DNA of 64,000 nt from an uncultured Alphaproteobacteria bacterium (GTDB lineage Bacteria > Pseudomonadota > Alphaproteobacteria > Rhizobiales > Xanthobacteraceae). The notes beneath the pieces were generated by a model that had not been told where the DNA came from, made no database searches, and was given only the letters and a program-made list of their open reading frames with translations. Where the stretch lies: NCBI GenBank assembly GCA_963807015.1, contig CAWEAS010000013.1, positions 175,897 to 239,896 of the forward strand. Direction: 5' to 3'. Numbering within the stretch: the stretch's first letter is position 1; every line of letters starts with the position of its first letter. Shown piece after piece: positions 19,771 to 30,035 of this stretch. Made by a program: the position numbers and the translations under genes.

Positions 19771-21639
19771 TCAACCGGGCTTGTCGAGCTTTGCGGCTTT
19801 GTCACGGTCATACCACCAGGTTTCCGGGATGCCGCGCATATAGGTCGGATGACCCTTCGGCTGGCCGAAGACGTCCCAGTAGGCGACGCGGTGGGCGGCC
19901 TTGAACCAGTGAGGCACCCAATACTGTCCGGCGCGCAGCACCCGGTCGAGGGCGCGGGTGGCGACAACAAGCTCGGGCCGCGAGTTGGCGTCGATGATCT
20001 TTTCGATCAGGGCATCGACAGCCGGATCGGCGATCCCGGCGACATTCTGCGATCCCTTGGTGGCCGCCGCTCGCGACGAAAAATAGGTGCGAAGCGAATC
20101 GCCGGGGACGGTCGAGAAGCTCATGCGGTCGACGACCACGTCGAAATCGAAATCGTCGACCCTCGCCTTGAACTGGACCGCATCGACGAGGCGCAGCGTT
20201 GCCTCGATGCCGAGCGTCTTGAGGTTCTTGATGAACGGCATGTGATGCGGTTCGAACGTCGGCTCGTCGATCAGGAATTCGAACACGATCGGCTCGCCCT
20301 TGGCGTCGACCCGCTTGCCGCCTTTGATGGGGAAACCGGCGTCCTGGAGCATCTGCGAGGCCTTGCGCAACAACGTGCGGTCTTGGCCCGACCCGTCGGA
20401 TACCGGGGGCGTGAATGGTTCCCCGAACACCTCGTCCGGCACCTTGCCGCGCCAGGGTTCGAGCAGCTTCAGCTCCTCGGGGCTCGGCAGTCCTTCGGCC
20501 ATCAGGTCGGAGTTTTGAAACACCGACACCGTGCGCCGATAGGAGCCGTACATGATGTTCTTGTTGGTCCACTCGAAATCGAAGGCGTAACTCACCGCCT
20601 CGCGCAGACGCCGGTTGGCGAACTTGGCGCGCCGCGTGTTGAACATCCAGCCCTGGCCGCCCGACGGCGTATCGTCGGGAAATTCCTCGCGATGGACCCG
20701 GCCATCCTTGATAGCCGGGAAGTCGTAGCGCGTCGCCCAGGTGCGCGAGGTGAACTCCTCGCGGAACAGATAGTTCTTCGCCGTGAAGCCTTCGAAGCCG
20801 ACCTCGCGATCGCGATAATACTCGAAGCGCACCACGTCGAAATTGTTCTGGCCGACATTCACCGGCAGGTTGGTGCCCCACCAATCGGAAACGCGCTGAT
20901 ATTCGATGAAGCGGCCCGCATCGAAGCGGCCGACCCGATAGGCGCCCGAGCCGAGCGGAATATCGAGACCCGTCTCCTCGAACGAGCGCGTCGCGTAGTA
21001 GGCGCGCGAGAAAATCGGCAGGCCGGCCACGAACAGCGGTACGTCGCGCGCGCGCTTCGGAACAAAGCGCACCGTGAGCACCTCGTCATCATCCGCTTCT
21101 GCGCTCGCCATCTCGCGCGTCAGCTGCTGGATGATCGGATGCCCCTTCTCCTTGAGGAGGTTGAGCGAAAATGCGGCGTCGCGGGCCGTCAGCTTGGTGC
21201 CGTCGTGGAACCGCGCCTCGGGACGGATGTGGAAGCGATAGACGAGGCCGTCAGCCGATACCCGCACCTTGTCGGCGGCGAGGCCGTACATCGCGTCGGG
21301 CTCGTCCTCCGCCCGCGCCATCAGCGTCGCGAACGTCGCCTCCATGCCGAGCGCAGCGTCACCGCGCAGGATGAAGCTGTTGAGCGAATTGAAGGTCACA
21401 AAGTTCTGATTGAAGATCCGGTTCGATCCGATCTGGGAAAACACGCCGCCCTTCGGGGCATTCGGGTCAACGTAATCGAAGTGGCGGAAATCGGCGGGAT
21501 ATTTGAGATCACCGAACGCCGACATGCCGTGGGTTTCAGTATCGCCTTCGGCTGCCGCGGGGATGCCGGTCGCAAACGCGCCGGCCGCGCCGGCGCTCAG
21601 CACCAGCACGTCACGGCGCGTCAGGCGATAGCGATTCAC
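19771..21639 (-). CDS. yejA: Extracellular solute-binding protein, family 5 (YejA-like), copy 1
   Basis: A TAT/Sec signal (RLTRRDVLVLSAGAAGAFA) follows GTG 21639 with a GGAGG RBS. This is a 622-aa cluster C SBP. Confidence 0.8.
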   Translation of the reverse strand: MNRYRLTRRDVLVLSAGAAGAFATGIPAAAEGDTETHGMSAFGDLKYPADFRHFDYVDPNAPKGGVFSQIGSNRIFNQNFVTFNSLNSFILRGDAALGMEATFATLMARAEDEPDAMYGLAADKVRVSADGLVYRFHIRPEARFHDGTKLTARDAAFSLNLLKEKGHPIIQQLTREMASAEADDDEVLTVRFVPKRARDVPLFVAGLPIFSRAYYATRSFEETGLDIPLGSGAYRVGRFDAGRFIEYQRVSDWWGTNLPVNVGQNNFDVVRFEYYRDREVGFEGFTAKNYLFREEFTSRTWATRYDFPAIKDGRVHREEFPDDTPSGGQGWMFNTRRAKFANRRLREAVSYAFDFEWTNKNIMYGSYRRTVSVFQNSDLMAEGLPSPEELKLLEPWRGKVPDEVFGEPFTPPVSDGSGQDRTLLRKASQMLQDAGFPIKGGKRVDAKGEPIVFEFLIDEPTFEPHHMPFIKNLKTLGIEATLRLVDAVQFKARVDDFDFDVVVDRMSFSTVPGDSLRTYFSSRAAATKGSQNVAGIADPAVDALIEKIIDANSRPELVVATRALDRVLRAGQYWVPHWFKAAHRVAYWDVFGQPKGHPTYMRGIPETWWYDRDKAAKLDKPG

Positions 21640-23511
21640 TGACGACCTCCGACCTTGGCTGCGAGCGCGGTGTCCCACCACCAGATCGTCGGAAACGCGC
21701 CGAGCCCGTATTCGGGCAGCTTGTCGGGATGGGCGAAGCGGTTCCACCGTGCGGTGCGCACGCGAGGATAGGTCCACTGCGGCACCACATACTGGTTCCA
21801 CAGCAGCACGCGGTCGAGCGCGTGGGTCGCGGCGACAACCTCGTCGCGATCCTTTGCGAAGACGATGCGTTCGATCAGCTTGTCGACTGCCGGATTCTTG
21901 ATGCCGATGAGGTTGCGCGAGCCCATGGTATCGGCCGACTTCGAGCCCCAGTATTCGCGCTGCTCGTTGCCGGGCGTCAGCGATTGGCGCCAGGTGCTGA
22001 CCACCATGTCGAAATCGAAGTTGCGCTCGCGGTTTATGTACTGCGCTTCGTCGACGCTGCGAACGGTGACCGTGATGCCGAGCCGCTCCAACGAGGGCTT
22101 GTAGAACAGGAATAAGCGTTCGAAATCAGGCGAAGTCGCGATGTTGAGGATTTCCACCGTCATCGGTTCGCCGGTCTTGGTGTTGACGAGCTTCTGGTCA
22201 CGGATCTCCCACCCGGCCTGGCGCAACAAGCGCGTTGCCGTACGCAAATTGTTGCGCACCGCTTCCGGATTGCCGTTCACCGGGGGCTTGTATTCGGTGG
22301 TGAACACCTCCGGCGGCACTTCGTTGCGGACGGTTTCCAGAATTTCAAGCTCGCGCCCGGTCGGCAGGCCGGTGGAGGCGAGCTCGGTGCCCTCGAAATA
22401 ACTGCCGATGCGCGAATACATTCCGAAGAACATCTGCTTGTTCATTTCTTCGAAATCGAGCGCATGGTTGAACGCGAGGCGCACCCGCGGATCGGCGAAC
22501 TTCTCGCGCCGCGTATTGAGCACGAAGGCCTGCATCACCCCGGAGATGCGGATCGGAAATTCCTCGAGCACCACCCGCTTGTCCTGGACGGCGGGGAAAT
22601 CGTAGGCGGTCGCCCAGTTCTTGGCGCTGTTCTCCGAGCGGTAGTCGATCCGATCCGCCTTGAAGGCTTCGAGCGACACCAGCGTGTCGCGGTAATATTC
22701 GTAGCGGATTTCGTCGAAGTTGTTGGTGCCGATGCGGACCGGAAGGTCCTTGCCCCAGTAGTTCTTGACGCGCTCGTAGACGATCGAGCGGCCCGCTTGG
22801 AATTCCTTGATCTTGTAGGGGCCGCTGCCAAGCGGCGGCTCGAGCGAGGTCGCGCCGATGTTGCGCTTGTTGCCGGACTTGTCGACGCCTTCGTACCAAT
22901 GCTTCGGCAGAACGAACAGCTCGCCGACGATCATCGGCATCTCGCGATTGCCGGGCGCATCGAAGGTGAACGTCACTTCGTGATCGCCGTTCTTCTCGAG
23001 CTTCTTCACGTGCTGGTAATAGCTCGAATAGAGCGGATTGTTGGTCTTGAACGCCTCGAACGAGAAGATCACGTCGTCGGCGGTGATCGGCTCGCCGTCG
23101 TGCCACTTCGCCTCAGGACGCAGGCGATAGGTCACGGAGGAGAAATCATCGGGATGGCTCACGCTCTCGGCGATCAGACCATAGCCAGTCGACACCTCAT
23201 CGAGCGAATTCGTCATCAACGTGTCGTAGATGAGGTTCACTCCCATGGCCTGGGTGCCTTTGAGGCCGGAGACCACGAGGTTGAAATTGTCGAAGGTCCC
23301 GAATCCGCCGAGCCGCACCGTCGCCGCCCTTCGGCGCATCGGCGCGCACGTAATCGAACTGCTTGAAGCCGGGCGGATACTTGAGATTGCCGAACAGCGA
23401 CAGTCCGTGCCGCCAGGCCTCTTCGGGAGCCGGGGCCTGAGCTGTAAGCACGAACGAGGCCGCAATCAGGGCGACGGCCGCACCGACGCGGCGCAGGAAT
23501 TTCGAGTTCAA
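21636..23511 (-). CDS. yejA: Extracellular solute-binding protein, family 5 (YejA-like), copy 2, interrupted by a +1 frameshift near 23322
   Basis: The N-terminal 63 aa with signal peptide (ORF 23197-23511, MNSKFLRRVGAAVALIAASFVLTAQA...DAPKGG) continues in another frame as TVRLGGFGTFDNFNL of ORF 21636-23465. An extra G sits in 'ggcggcGacgg'. Confidence 0.8.
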
Positions 23512-23745
23512 CCCGGCTCTCCTTGGGTATGCGAACGGCCCCCACTTTAGCCGAGGGCCACGGACCGGTCAGGACTAAATATGTTGGCGCTCGATTGCGG
23601 CGCCACCATGCCGCACCAGGCCACCTCTCACGAGAGGCTCGCACTGCACAAAGGTTTCGAAAATTTAATGCGCGTTTGCCGGGCCACCTCGAATGGCCGC
23701 GGCGAACCTTCCTTCCTCAGGGGAGGATGCGCATCTCCCTGCGCA

Positions 23746-24300
23746 TTATTGATTGGCAACCGGCAGCGGCTGCGGATTCTCTGACAGCGAATTGAGGTAA
23801 TCGATGACGTCGGCGCGCTGGTTGCCGCGCGGCAGGCCGGCGAACGTCATCTTGGTTCCGGCAATGTAGCCGCGCGGATTGGTCAGGAATTTGTTCAGTT
23901 CATCGATCGTCCACGTCCCGCCCTTGGCCTTCATGGCATCGGAATACATGAAGCCGGCTTCGGACGCGCGCGGCCGGCCGACGACGCCGTAGAGGTTCGG
24001 ACCGATCCCGTTGGGGCCGCCTTTGGTGAAAGTGTGACAAGCCTGGCATTGCTTCGCGACCGTCTCGCCGCGGGCGATGTCGGCGTGGGCGAGCAGCTTT
24101 TCGATCGATTCTTCGGGTGCCGCCGCCGGGGCTGCTCCGCCGCCGGCCGGAGCGGCGGCTTTCTTGACGTCGATCTCGTAGCCGGGCTTCGCCGGCTCGG
24201 CAGGGGCGTACAGCGCTTCCGCGGCGATGTTGAGCCCGACGAGGCACAACAGGGTAAAAAGCAGCGCACCAGCGAACTTGTTGAATTCGAAGGAGTTCAT
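23746..24300 (-). CDS. cycM: Membrane-anchored cytochrome c (CycM-like)
   Basis: N-terminal TM anchor, an Ala/Pro-rich linker, then a class I cytochrome c domain with heme motif CQACH. Confidence 0.8.
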   Translation of the reverse strand: MNSFEFNKFAGALLFTLLCLVGLNIAAEALYAPAEPAKPGYEIDVKKAAAPAGGGAAPAAAPEESIEKLLAHADIARGETVAKQCQACHTFTKGGPNGIGPNLYGVVGRPRASEAGFMYSDAMKAKGGTWTIDELNKFLTNPRGYIAGTKMTFAGLPRGNQRADVIDYLNSLSENPQPLPVANQ

Positions 24301-24449
24301 CACTGTTCCGTCGCGTTGAAAGCTGGGGCGCGGGACCCCTCAGGTGGCGCACAGATAGCTGGTTTGCCTCGCCCCTGGCAACCCGTATAAGCGAAGCGGC
24401 ACATGAATTTAGGAATGGCTGAAAGGCGCGCCGAATCGGCACGGAATGC

Positions 24450-25175
24450 ATGGCGACAGACGTCATTATCATCATCCCGGCGCGCATGACGGCAACCCGT
24501 CTTCCCGGCAAGCCGCTTGCTGATATTGCCGGCCGGCCGATGATCGCCCATGTGCTCGACCGTGCCGCCGCCGCGGCCGTCGGCCCCGTGTTCGTGGCGA
24601 CGGATTCGCCGGAGATCGCGAGCGCCATCGAAAAAGCCGGTGGCCAGGCCGTGATGACGCGGTCCGATCATGCCTCGGGCTCCGACCGAATCTACGAGGC
24701 GCTCACCCGTGTCGCTCCCGACGCCGGTATCGTCATCAACGTGCAGGGCGATCTGCCGACGCTTGACCCTGCCGATATCCGCGCCGCGCTCGACCCGCTC
24801 GCCGATCCCGCTGTCGACATCGCGACCCTCGCCGCGGAAATCCGCAAGACCGAGGAGCGGACCAATCCGAACGTGGTCAAGGTGGTCGGCACGCCGGTCG
24901 GCAAAGACCGCCTGCGCGCCCTCTATTTCACCCGCGCCACCGCGCCCACGGGCGAAGGCCCGTTCTATCACCACATCGGCCTCTACGCCTATCGCCGCGC
25001 GGCGCTCGAACGCTTCGTGAGCTTGCCGCCGTCGCCCCTGGAGCGGCGCGAGAAGCTCGAGCAGCTGCGCGCGCTCGAGGCCGGCATGCGCATCGATGTG
25101 GCGATCGTGCGTTCGGTGCCGCTCGGCGTCGACACGCCGGAGGACCTCGCGGTCGCGCGCGCGTTGTTGACTTGA
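24450..25175 (+). CDS. kdsB: 3-deoxy-manno-octulosonate cytidylyltransferase KdsB
   Basis: N-terminus [18 protein letters not shown], and a length of 241 aa typical of KdsB. Confidence 0.9.
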   Translation: MATDVIIIIPARMTATRLPGKPLADIAGRPMIAHVLDRAAAAAVGPVFVATDSPEIASAIEKAGGQAVMTRSDHASGSDRIYEALTRVAPDAGIVINVQGDLPTLDPADIRAALDPLADPAVDIATLAAEIRKTEERTNPNVVKVVGTPVGKDRLRALYFTRATAPTGEGPFYHHIGLYAYRRAALERFVSLPPSPLERREKLEQLRALEAGMRIDVAIVRSVPLGVDTPEDLAVARALLT

Positions 25176-25201
25176 CGGCCGCACCTCCGTACGCAGCGCG
25201 G

Positions 25202-26068
25202 ATGACCGACACCAAGCGTTTGAAGATCGTCTTTCAAGGCGAGCCCGGGGCGAACTCCGATATCGCCTGCCGGGAAGCGTATCCGCAGGCCGAGCCCGTG
25301 CCCTGCCCGACCTTCGAGGACGCGCTCAACGCCATCGCGTCCGGCGAAGCCGATCTCGGCATGATCCCGATCGAAAATTCGGTCGCCGGCCGGGTCGCCG
25401 ATATCCATCACCTGATGCCGGTCGCGGGCCTGCACATCATCGCCGAGTGGTTTCTGCCGATCCGCAACCAACTGATGGCGCTCAAGGGCGTCCGGCTTGA
25501 CGAGATCAAGTCGGTCGAGAGCCACATCATGGCGCTCGGCCAATGCCGCAACTACATCCGCAAGCTCGGCATCAAGAGCGTGGTCGCGGCCGATACTGCC
25601 GGCGCCGCGCGCGAGGTCGCGGCACGCGGCGACCGCACCGTGGCTGCGATCGCCTCAAAACTTGCCGCCGAAATCTACGGGCTCGACATTCTGGCGTCGA
25701 ACATCGAAGACGCCTCGCACTCGACCACCCGCTTCATCGTGCTGTCGCGCGAGGCGGCGCCGGCCAAACGCGGCACCGGCCGGATCATCACCACGTTTAT
25801 TTTCCAGGTGCGCAATATTCCGGCGGCGCTCTACAAGGCGCTCGGCGGCTTTGCGACCAACGGCGTCAACATGACCAAGCTCGAAAGCTACATGCTCGAA
25901 GGCACCTTCACCGCGACCCAGTTCTATTCCGACGTCGAAGGCCATCCGGACGACCCCGGCCTCAAACTGGCGCTCGACGAACTGGCGTTCTTTTCCCAGC
26001 CGGGCTCGCTCAAAATCCTCGGCGTCTATCCGGCCCATCCGTTCCGGGCCACCATGGGAGGCAAGTGA
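25202..26068 (+). CDS. pheA: Prephenate dehydratase PheA
   Basis: PDT domain followed by an ACT domain; the conserved TRF and ESRP-like motifs are present. Confidence 0.85.
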   Translation: MTDTKRLKIVFQGEPGANSDIACREAYPQAEPVPCPTFEDALNAIASGEADLGMIPIENSVAGRVADIHHLMPVAGLHIIAEWFLPIRNQLMALKGVRLDEIKSVESHIMALGQCRNYIRKLGIKSVVAADTAGAAREVAARGDRTVAAIASKLAAEIYGLDILASNIEDASHSTTRFIVLSREAAPAKRGTGRIITTFIFQVRNIPAALYKALGGFATNGVNMTKLESYMLEGTFTATQFYSDVEGHPDDPGLKLALDELAFFSQPGSLKILGVYPAHPFRATMGGK

Positions 26069-26102
26069 GGAAGCAAGTGAGGACGCGGGTTATAGGAGGC
26101 AA

Positions 26103-26585
26103 GTGACCATGGGCTCGCTCACGTTGGCGCAGGCGAACCGCATCATCGAGGCGATTCTGGCGCGCGGTGCCGAACTCGGCTGCCGGCCGCTCGCCGCGAT
26201 CGTGGTCGAGCCGGGCTGCAAGGTGAAGGCGTTCCAGAAGGAGGACGGCGCCTCGATGATCCGGTTCGAGATGGCGTTCGGCAAGGCCTATGCGGCGCTC
26301 GCGCTCGGCCGATCGTCGCGGCTCGTGCGCATCCGCAACGAGGAGAAGCCGGCGTTCATGCGCTACCTCATCGCCGCGAGCGGCGACCAGCTTTTTCCCG
26401 AAGGCGGCGGCCTGCCGATTCGCGATGACAACGGCGAGGTGGTCGGCGCCGTCGGCGTCACCGGCGATACCGAGGATCGCGACGAGGAGCTTGCCGTCCA
26501 CGGCATCCATGCCGCCGGCCTCAAGACCGACGACGACTGCCGCGACATGGGCCGCCGCACCAACGCCCGCCTAGCCGACAAGTAG
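26103..26585 (+). CDS. GlcG/HbpS-like heme-binding protein (DUF336)
   Basis: About 160 aa with an ...AVGVTGDTEDRDEELA... region typical of the GlcG/HbpS family. Confidence 0.65.
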   Translation: MTMGSLTLAQANRIIEAILARGAELGCRPLAAIVVEPGCKVKAFQKEDGASMIRFEMAFGKAYAALALGRSSRLVRIRNEEKPAFMRYLIAASGDQLFPEGGGLPIRDDNGEVVGAVGVTGDTEDRDEELAVHGIHAAGLKTDDDCRDMGRRTNARLADK

Positions 26586-26810
26586 CGGCTACTCTCCGCG
26601 GCCCCTTTCCCTGGAGCCGGCGCGGGCGTAAGGTTGCCTATAAAGGCATCAAAGGGAGGCTTTCGAGTCCCAATCCTTGCGGTTCGGCCGCCGCGATCTT
26701 CGCGCCGGTGCATTTTTTACGAACCTGCCGTTTCCAGTTCCTCGCGGCGCGCCCGCGCAACATCCCAACGCCAGCGTCAGGTCGGTGCCACCACCAACAG
26801 CCCAGCGGGT

Positions 26811-26831
26811 GCATGCATGGCGCATGCATGC
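26811..26831. promoter_or_regulatory. Palindromic GCATGCATG-gc-GCATGCATGC element, 32-52 bp upstream of the 26863 start codon
   Basis: Perfect 9-10 bp inverted/direct palindromic units; a candidate transcription-factor operator. Confidence 0.35.
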
Positions 26832-26862
26832 GCTGCAGAGCCGCGTGAAGGAGAGAGACCCT

Positions 26863-28755
26863 ATGACCCATTCGAACAGCACAAGCGCAAAAAGCACTCC
26901 CGTGAAAGGTTGTTTGTTGCTCGGCGTCGCCACCCTTGTGTTGACCGGTGCGGCCGCGATGACGGCGCCGGCCTCGGCCGATCAGTTGCTGAGCGGCGCG
27001 ATCACCTCGGCCTCGGGCCAGAAGCTCGAAGGCATCCAGGTCTCTGCCAAGAAGGAAGGCTCGACGATCACGACGAGCGTGTTCACCGACCAGAACGGCC
27101 AGTATTTCTTCCCGGCGCTCCCGGACGGCAAATACCGGGTGTGGGCGCAGGCGCTGGGCTTCGAGACCAGCAAGACCGCCGTCGATCTCACTTCGGCTTC
27201 GCATCAGGATTTCAAGCTCGCCGCGATCACCGATCCCGAGCAGAAGATCAAGCAGATGCCGTCCGAGATGCTGGCAGCGGCGCTGCCCGATGAGACCGAA
27301 GCCGACGCGCAGATGAAGCGCATCTTCCACAACCAGTGCACCGGTTGCCATACGCCGGGCTATCCGCTGCAGTTCAAGTTCGATGAAGCCGGCTGGAACA
27401 AGATCATCAACCTGATGAAGATGGTCGCCAACACCGGCGAATACATGGGCCCGAATCACAAGCCGAACGGCATCATCGAGTTCAATCGCAAGGAGCTTGC
27501 CGCCTATCTCGCCCGCGCCCGCGGCCCCGGCGAAACCTCGATGAAGTTCAAGGACCGTCCGCGGCCGACCGGCGAAGCCGCCCGCGTCGTATGGCAGACC
27601 TATGATCTGCCGCTCAGCCCGGTGAGCGGCATGGGCGTGCGCGGCGCGAAATACACCGTCAATGACGGCTACGACTGGAACCTCGGCACGCCCTCGAAGC
27701 TCGGCCAGCTTCCCCACGACGGCGCCATGGGGCTCGACGGCAATCTCTACTACACCGTCAACAATCCGAACCCCGACGTGACCGTCGGCAAGGTCGACAC
27801 CAAGACCGGCGAGGTGAAGTATCTCAAGGTCGAGCGCAAGGACGGCAAATGGGCCGCGACCGCCCATGGCCTCACCCGCGACGCCAACGGCGACCTGTGG
27901 TTCGACGTCAATCCGGGCCGCCGCAGCCTCGGCAAGCTCGAAGCGAAGACCGAGAAGATCAGCGTCTACGAGACGCCGGAGCCGATGTCGCCGCTCGGCG
28001 GCGCCGTCACCCTCGATGTCGACGGCAAGGGCCGCATCTGGGCGTCCGCGCCCGACGGCGTCGTCGCCTTCGATCCGGCGACCGAGAAGTTCACCGACTT
28101 CAAGTCGATCCTGCCGTTCAAGAACGCCAAGGGCACCAACTCGACCTACGGCGCCGCGGGTGACCGCGACGGCAACGGCTGGTGGGCGCAGATGGCGTTC
28201 GACACCATCGGCAAAGCCGACATGGCGAGCGGCAAGACCACCGAGATCGTGCTGCCGTCGCTCAAGGACGAGATGGCGCGGTTGCCGGAGGCGAAGCGCG
28301 CCTTCTACGAGAACTTCACCGACCGCACCAACGGCAATCCGGTTCCCTGGAGCCAGGGTCCGCGCCGCATGGGCACCGACAAGAACGCCGACGTGCTGTG
28401 GGTCGGCAATTCATGGGGCGCGACGCTCGCCCGCATCGACACCAAGACGGGCCAGACCTCGATCATCCCGTTCCCCGATCCGGCCTATCAGCCGTATCAC
28501 ATCGCGGTCGACATGAACCACAATGTGTGGGGCAACCTCTGGACCGCGGACCGGATCGCAAAATACGACCCGGCCGCCGGCCAATGGACGCTGTTCGATC
28601 TGCCGATGCGCGGCACCGAGATCCGCCACATCTCGCTCCTCGAGCGCGACGGCGTGACCAAGGTGATCGTGCCGGTCTATCGCGACAGCATGATGGGCGT
28701 GATGACGCTCCGCAGCGAAGCCGACATCGCCGCCCTCAAGACGGCGGCGAAGTAA
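26863..28755 (+). CDS. Secreted multidomain protein: CarboxypepD_reg-like domain + mono-heme cytochrome c domain + C-terminal beta-propeller
   Basis: An AAGGAGAG RBS precedes ATG 26863. Signal peptide (LLLGVATLVLTGAAAMTAPASA). CarboxypepD_reg motif (GQYFFPALPDGKYRVWAQALGFET). Heme motif CTGCH. About 6-7 repeats of the D/NG-x-LW/Y type in the C-terminal 400 aa. Confidence 0.7.
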   Translation: MTHSNSTSAKSTPVKGCLLLGVATLVLTGAAAMTAPASADQLLSGAITSASGQKLEGIQVSAKKEGSTITTSVFTDQNGQYFFPALPDGKYRVWAQALGFETSKTAVDLTSASHQDFKLAAITDPEQKIKQMPSEMLAAALPDETEADAQMKRIFHNQCTGCHTPGYPLQFKFDEAGWNKIINLMKMVANTGEYMGPNHKPNGIIEFNRKELAAYLARARGPGETSMKFKDRPRPTGEAARVVWQTYDLPLSPVSGMGVRGAKYTVNDGYDWNLGTPSKLGQLPHDGAMGLDGNLYYTVNNPNPDVTVGKVDTKTGEVKYLKVERKDGKWAATAHGLTRDANGDLWFDVNPGRRSLGKLEAKTEKISVYETPEPMSPLGGAVTLDVDGKGRIWASAPDGVVAFDPATEKFTDFKSILPFKNAKGTNSTYGAAGDRDGNGWWAQMAFDTIGKADMASGKTTEIVLPSLKDEMARLPEAKRAFYENFTDRTNGNPVPWSQGPRRMGTDKNADVLWVGNSWGATLARIDTKTGQTSIIPFPDPAYQPYHIAVDMNHNVWGNLWTADRIAKYDPAAGQWTLFDLPMRGTEIRHISLLERDGVTKVIVPVYRDSMMGVMTLRSEADIAALKTAAK

Positions 28756-28878
28756 GCGGCGCGGCGCCGACTGCGCGAAGGCGAGAGTGAACGAAAGCCG
28801 GGCCGCGGAAACGCGGCCCGGACCGCAATGACGGATGCGGCATAGTTAATTTGATTATCGCTCCCCGGTGTTAGTATC

Positions 28879-29853
28879 ATGGATATTTTCAAGGCGACCG
28901 TTCCGGAGGACAAGTTTCATAAGAACTTTGCGCGCACTCTGCAACCAAGCGGCCATGGCGTCCGCGAAGTACTGAAGTGCTGGGCAGACGGTTTCACGGA
29001 TCGCGACGGCAAATTTGTTCGAGAATTCCAAACAACCTATAATTCGAGCTTCTGGGAGCTATATCTATTTGCCGTCCTCAAGCGACTAGGCATCAAAGTT
29101 AATATGACCTACGACTCTCCTGATTTCGTAGCGGCGGACCATCCCTTTGCCATTGAAGCTACCATAGCGGGACATGCTGCGGATGCCGTTGCAGAATGGG
29201 AGAAGACTTTTGAGGTTATTCTGTCCGAAGATCCCAAAGAAGCTATTGATCAAACGACTATTCGCCTAGCGAATGCATTAAGCGCAAAGTCGACGTCATA
29301 TCAAACGAAATATAATACTTTGCCGCACATGGCGAATCGCGCTTACGTTGTTGCCATCTCCAATTTTGCAACGCCCGGCTTTTTTTTATTGGGTGATACC
29401 GCGCTCCAGCGGTTGCTCTATGATCCAGCCGGCGAGACGGCGCTTGCAAAGGCGAACGGCGCTCTGGTGCCGCTTGGCTTGTTCCGCGACGATGGGATAT
29501 CCCATATCAGCGGCATACTTTATTCGTCGGTAGCTAGCTTCGGCAAGGCACGTGCCCTTGGACCGGATGGCGATGAATTCACATTTCAGGCCGTCCGAGA
29601 ACGTAATGGCGGCGAGCGCATTCACATCGTCGCGAAGAAATCAGAGTACAAGGAAACGCTGACCGATGGCTTGCGCTACTTCTCAAATCCCTTCGCCACG
29701 GTACGGCTTGATCCACAGTTGTTTCGCGACGACGGAATCAAGCGATATCTGGGAGAGAAGGACGGCACGATGCTTATCACATGCAATCCCGAAGGTGATC
29801 TCGAGTGGCGGCAGGTAATTCACCTTAACCCGAGCCTCATCAACCGCAGTTGA
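28879..29853 (+). CDS. Hypothetical protein encoded in a low-GC island (possible PD-(D/E)xK-like core)
   Basis: 324-aa ORF in about 48% GC DNA against a 65% background. The DSPDF...FAIEAT segment is weakly reminiscent of a restriction-endonuclease-like fold. It contains a T8 tract (29380-29387). Confidence 0.6.
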   Translation: MDIFKATVPEDKFHKNFARTLQPSGHGVREVLKCWADGFTDRDGKFVREFQTTYNSSFWELYLFAVLKRLGIKVNMTYDSPDFVAADHPFAIEATIAGHAADAVAEWEKTFEVILSEDPKEAIDQTTIRLANALSAKSTSYQTKYNTLPHMANRAYVVAISNFATPGFFLLGDTALQRLLYDPAGETALAKANGALVPLGLFRDDGISHISGILYSSVASFGKARALGPDGDEFTFQAVRERNGGERIHIVAKKSEYKETLTDGLRYFSNPFATVRLDPQLFRDDGIKRYLGEKDGTMLITCNPEGDLEWRQVIHLNPSLINRS

Positions 29854-30035
29854 CACCCGTCGAAGCAGTTCCGACGCATTCCTGTTTAGCGTTCAGTTGA
29901 TGGGCGACCAGGGGCCAATCAGCTGGTAGCGAACCCGCGCGGGCTTAAAACCGATGAATACCTCGATTGTCCCTTTCCGTTGACTGCCCCTAGGTGCTGA
30001 TGGTGAACAGCCCACGTACGTCAATCGCTATCATG

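Noticed and set aside
16463-21642. Plus-strand ORFs 16463-17443, 17654-18688, 18426-19613 and 19435-21642 across the yej operon
   Set aside because: These are antisense overprints. The minus-strand yejFEBA genes are contiguous and motif-bearing.
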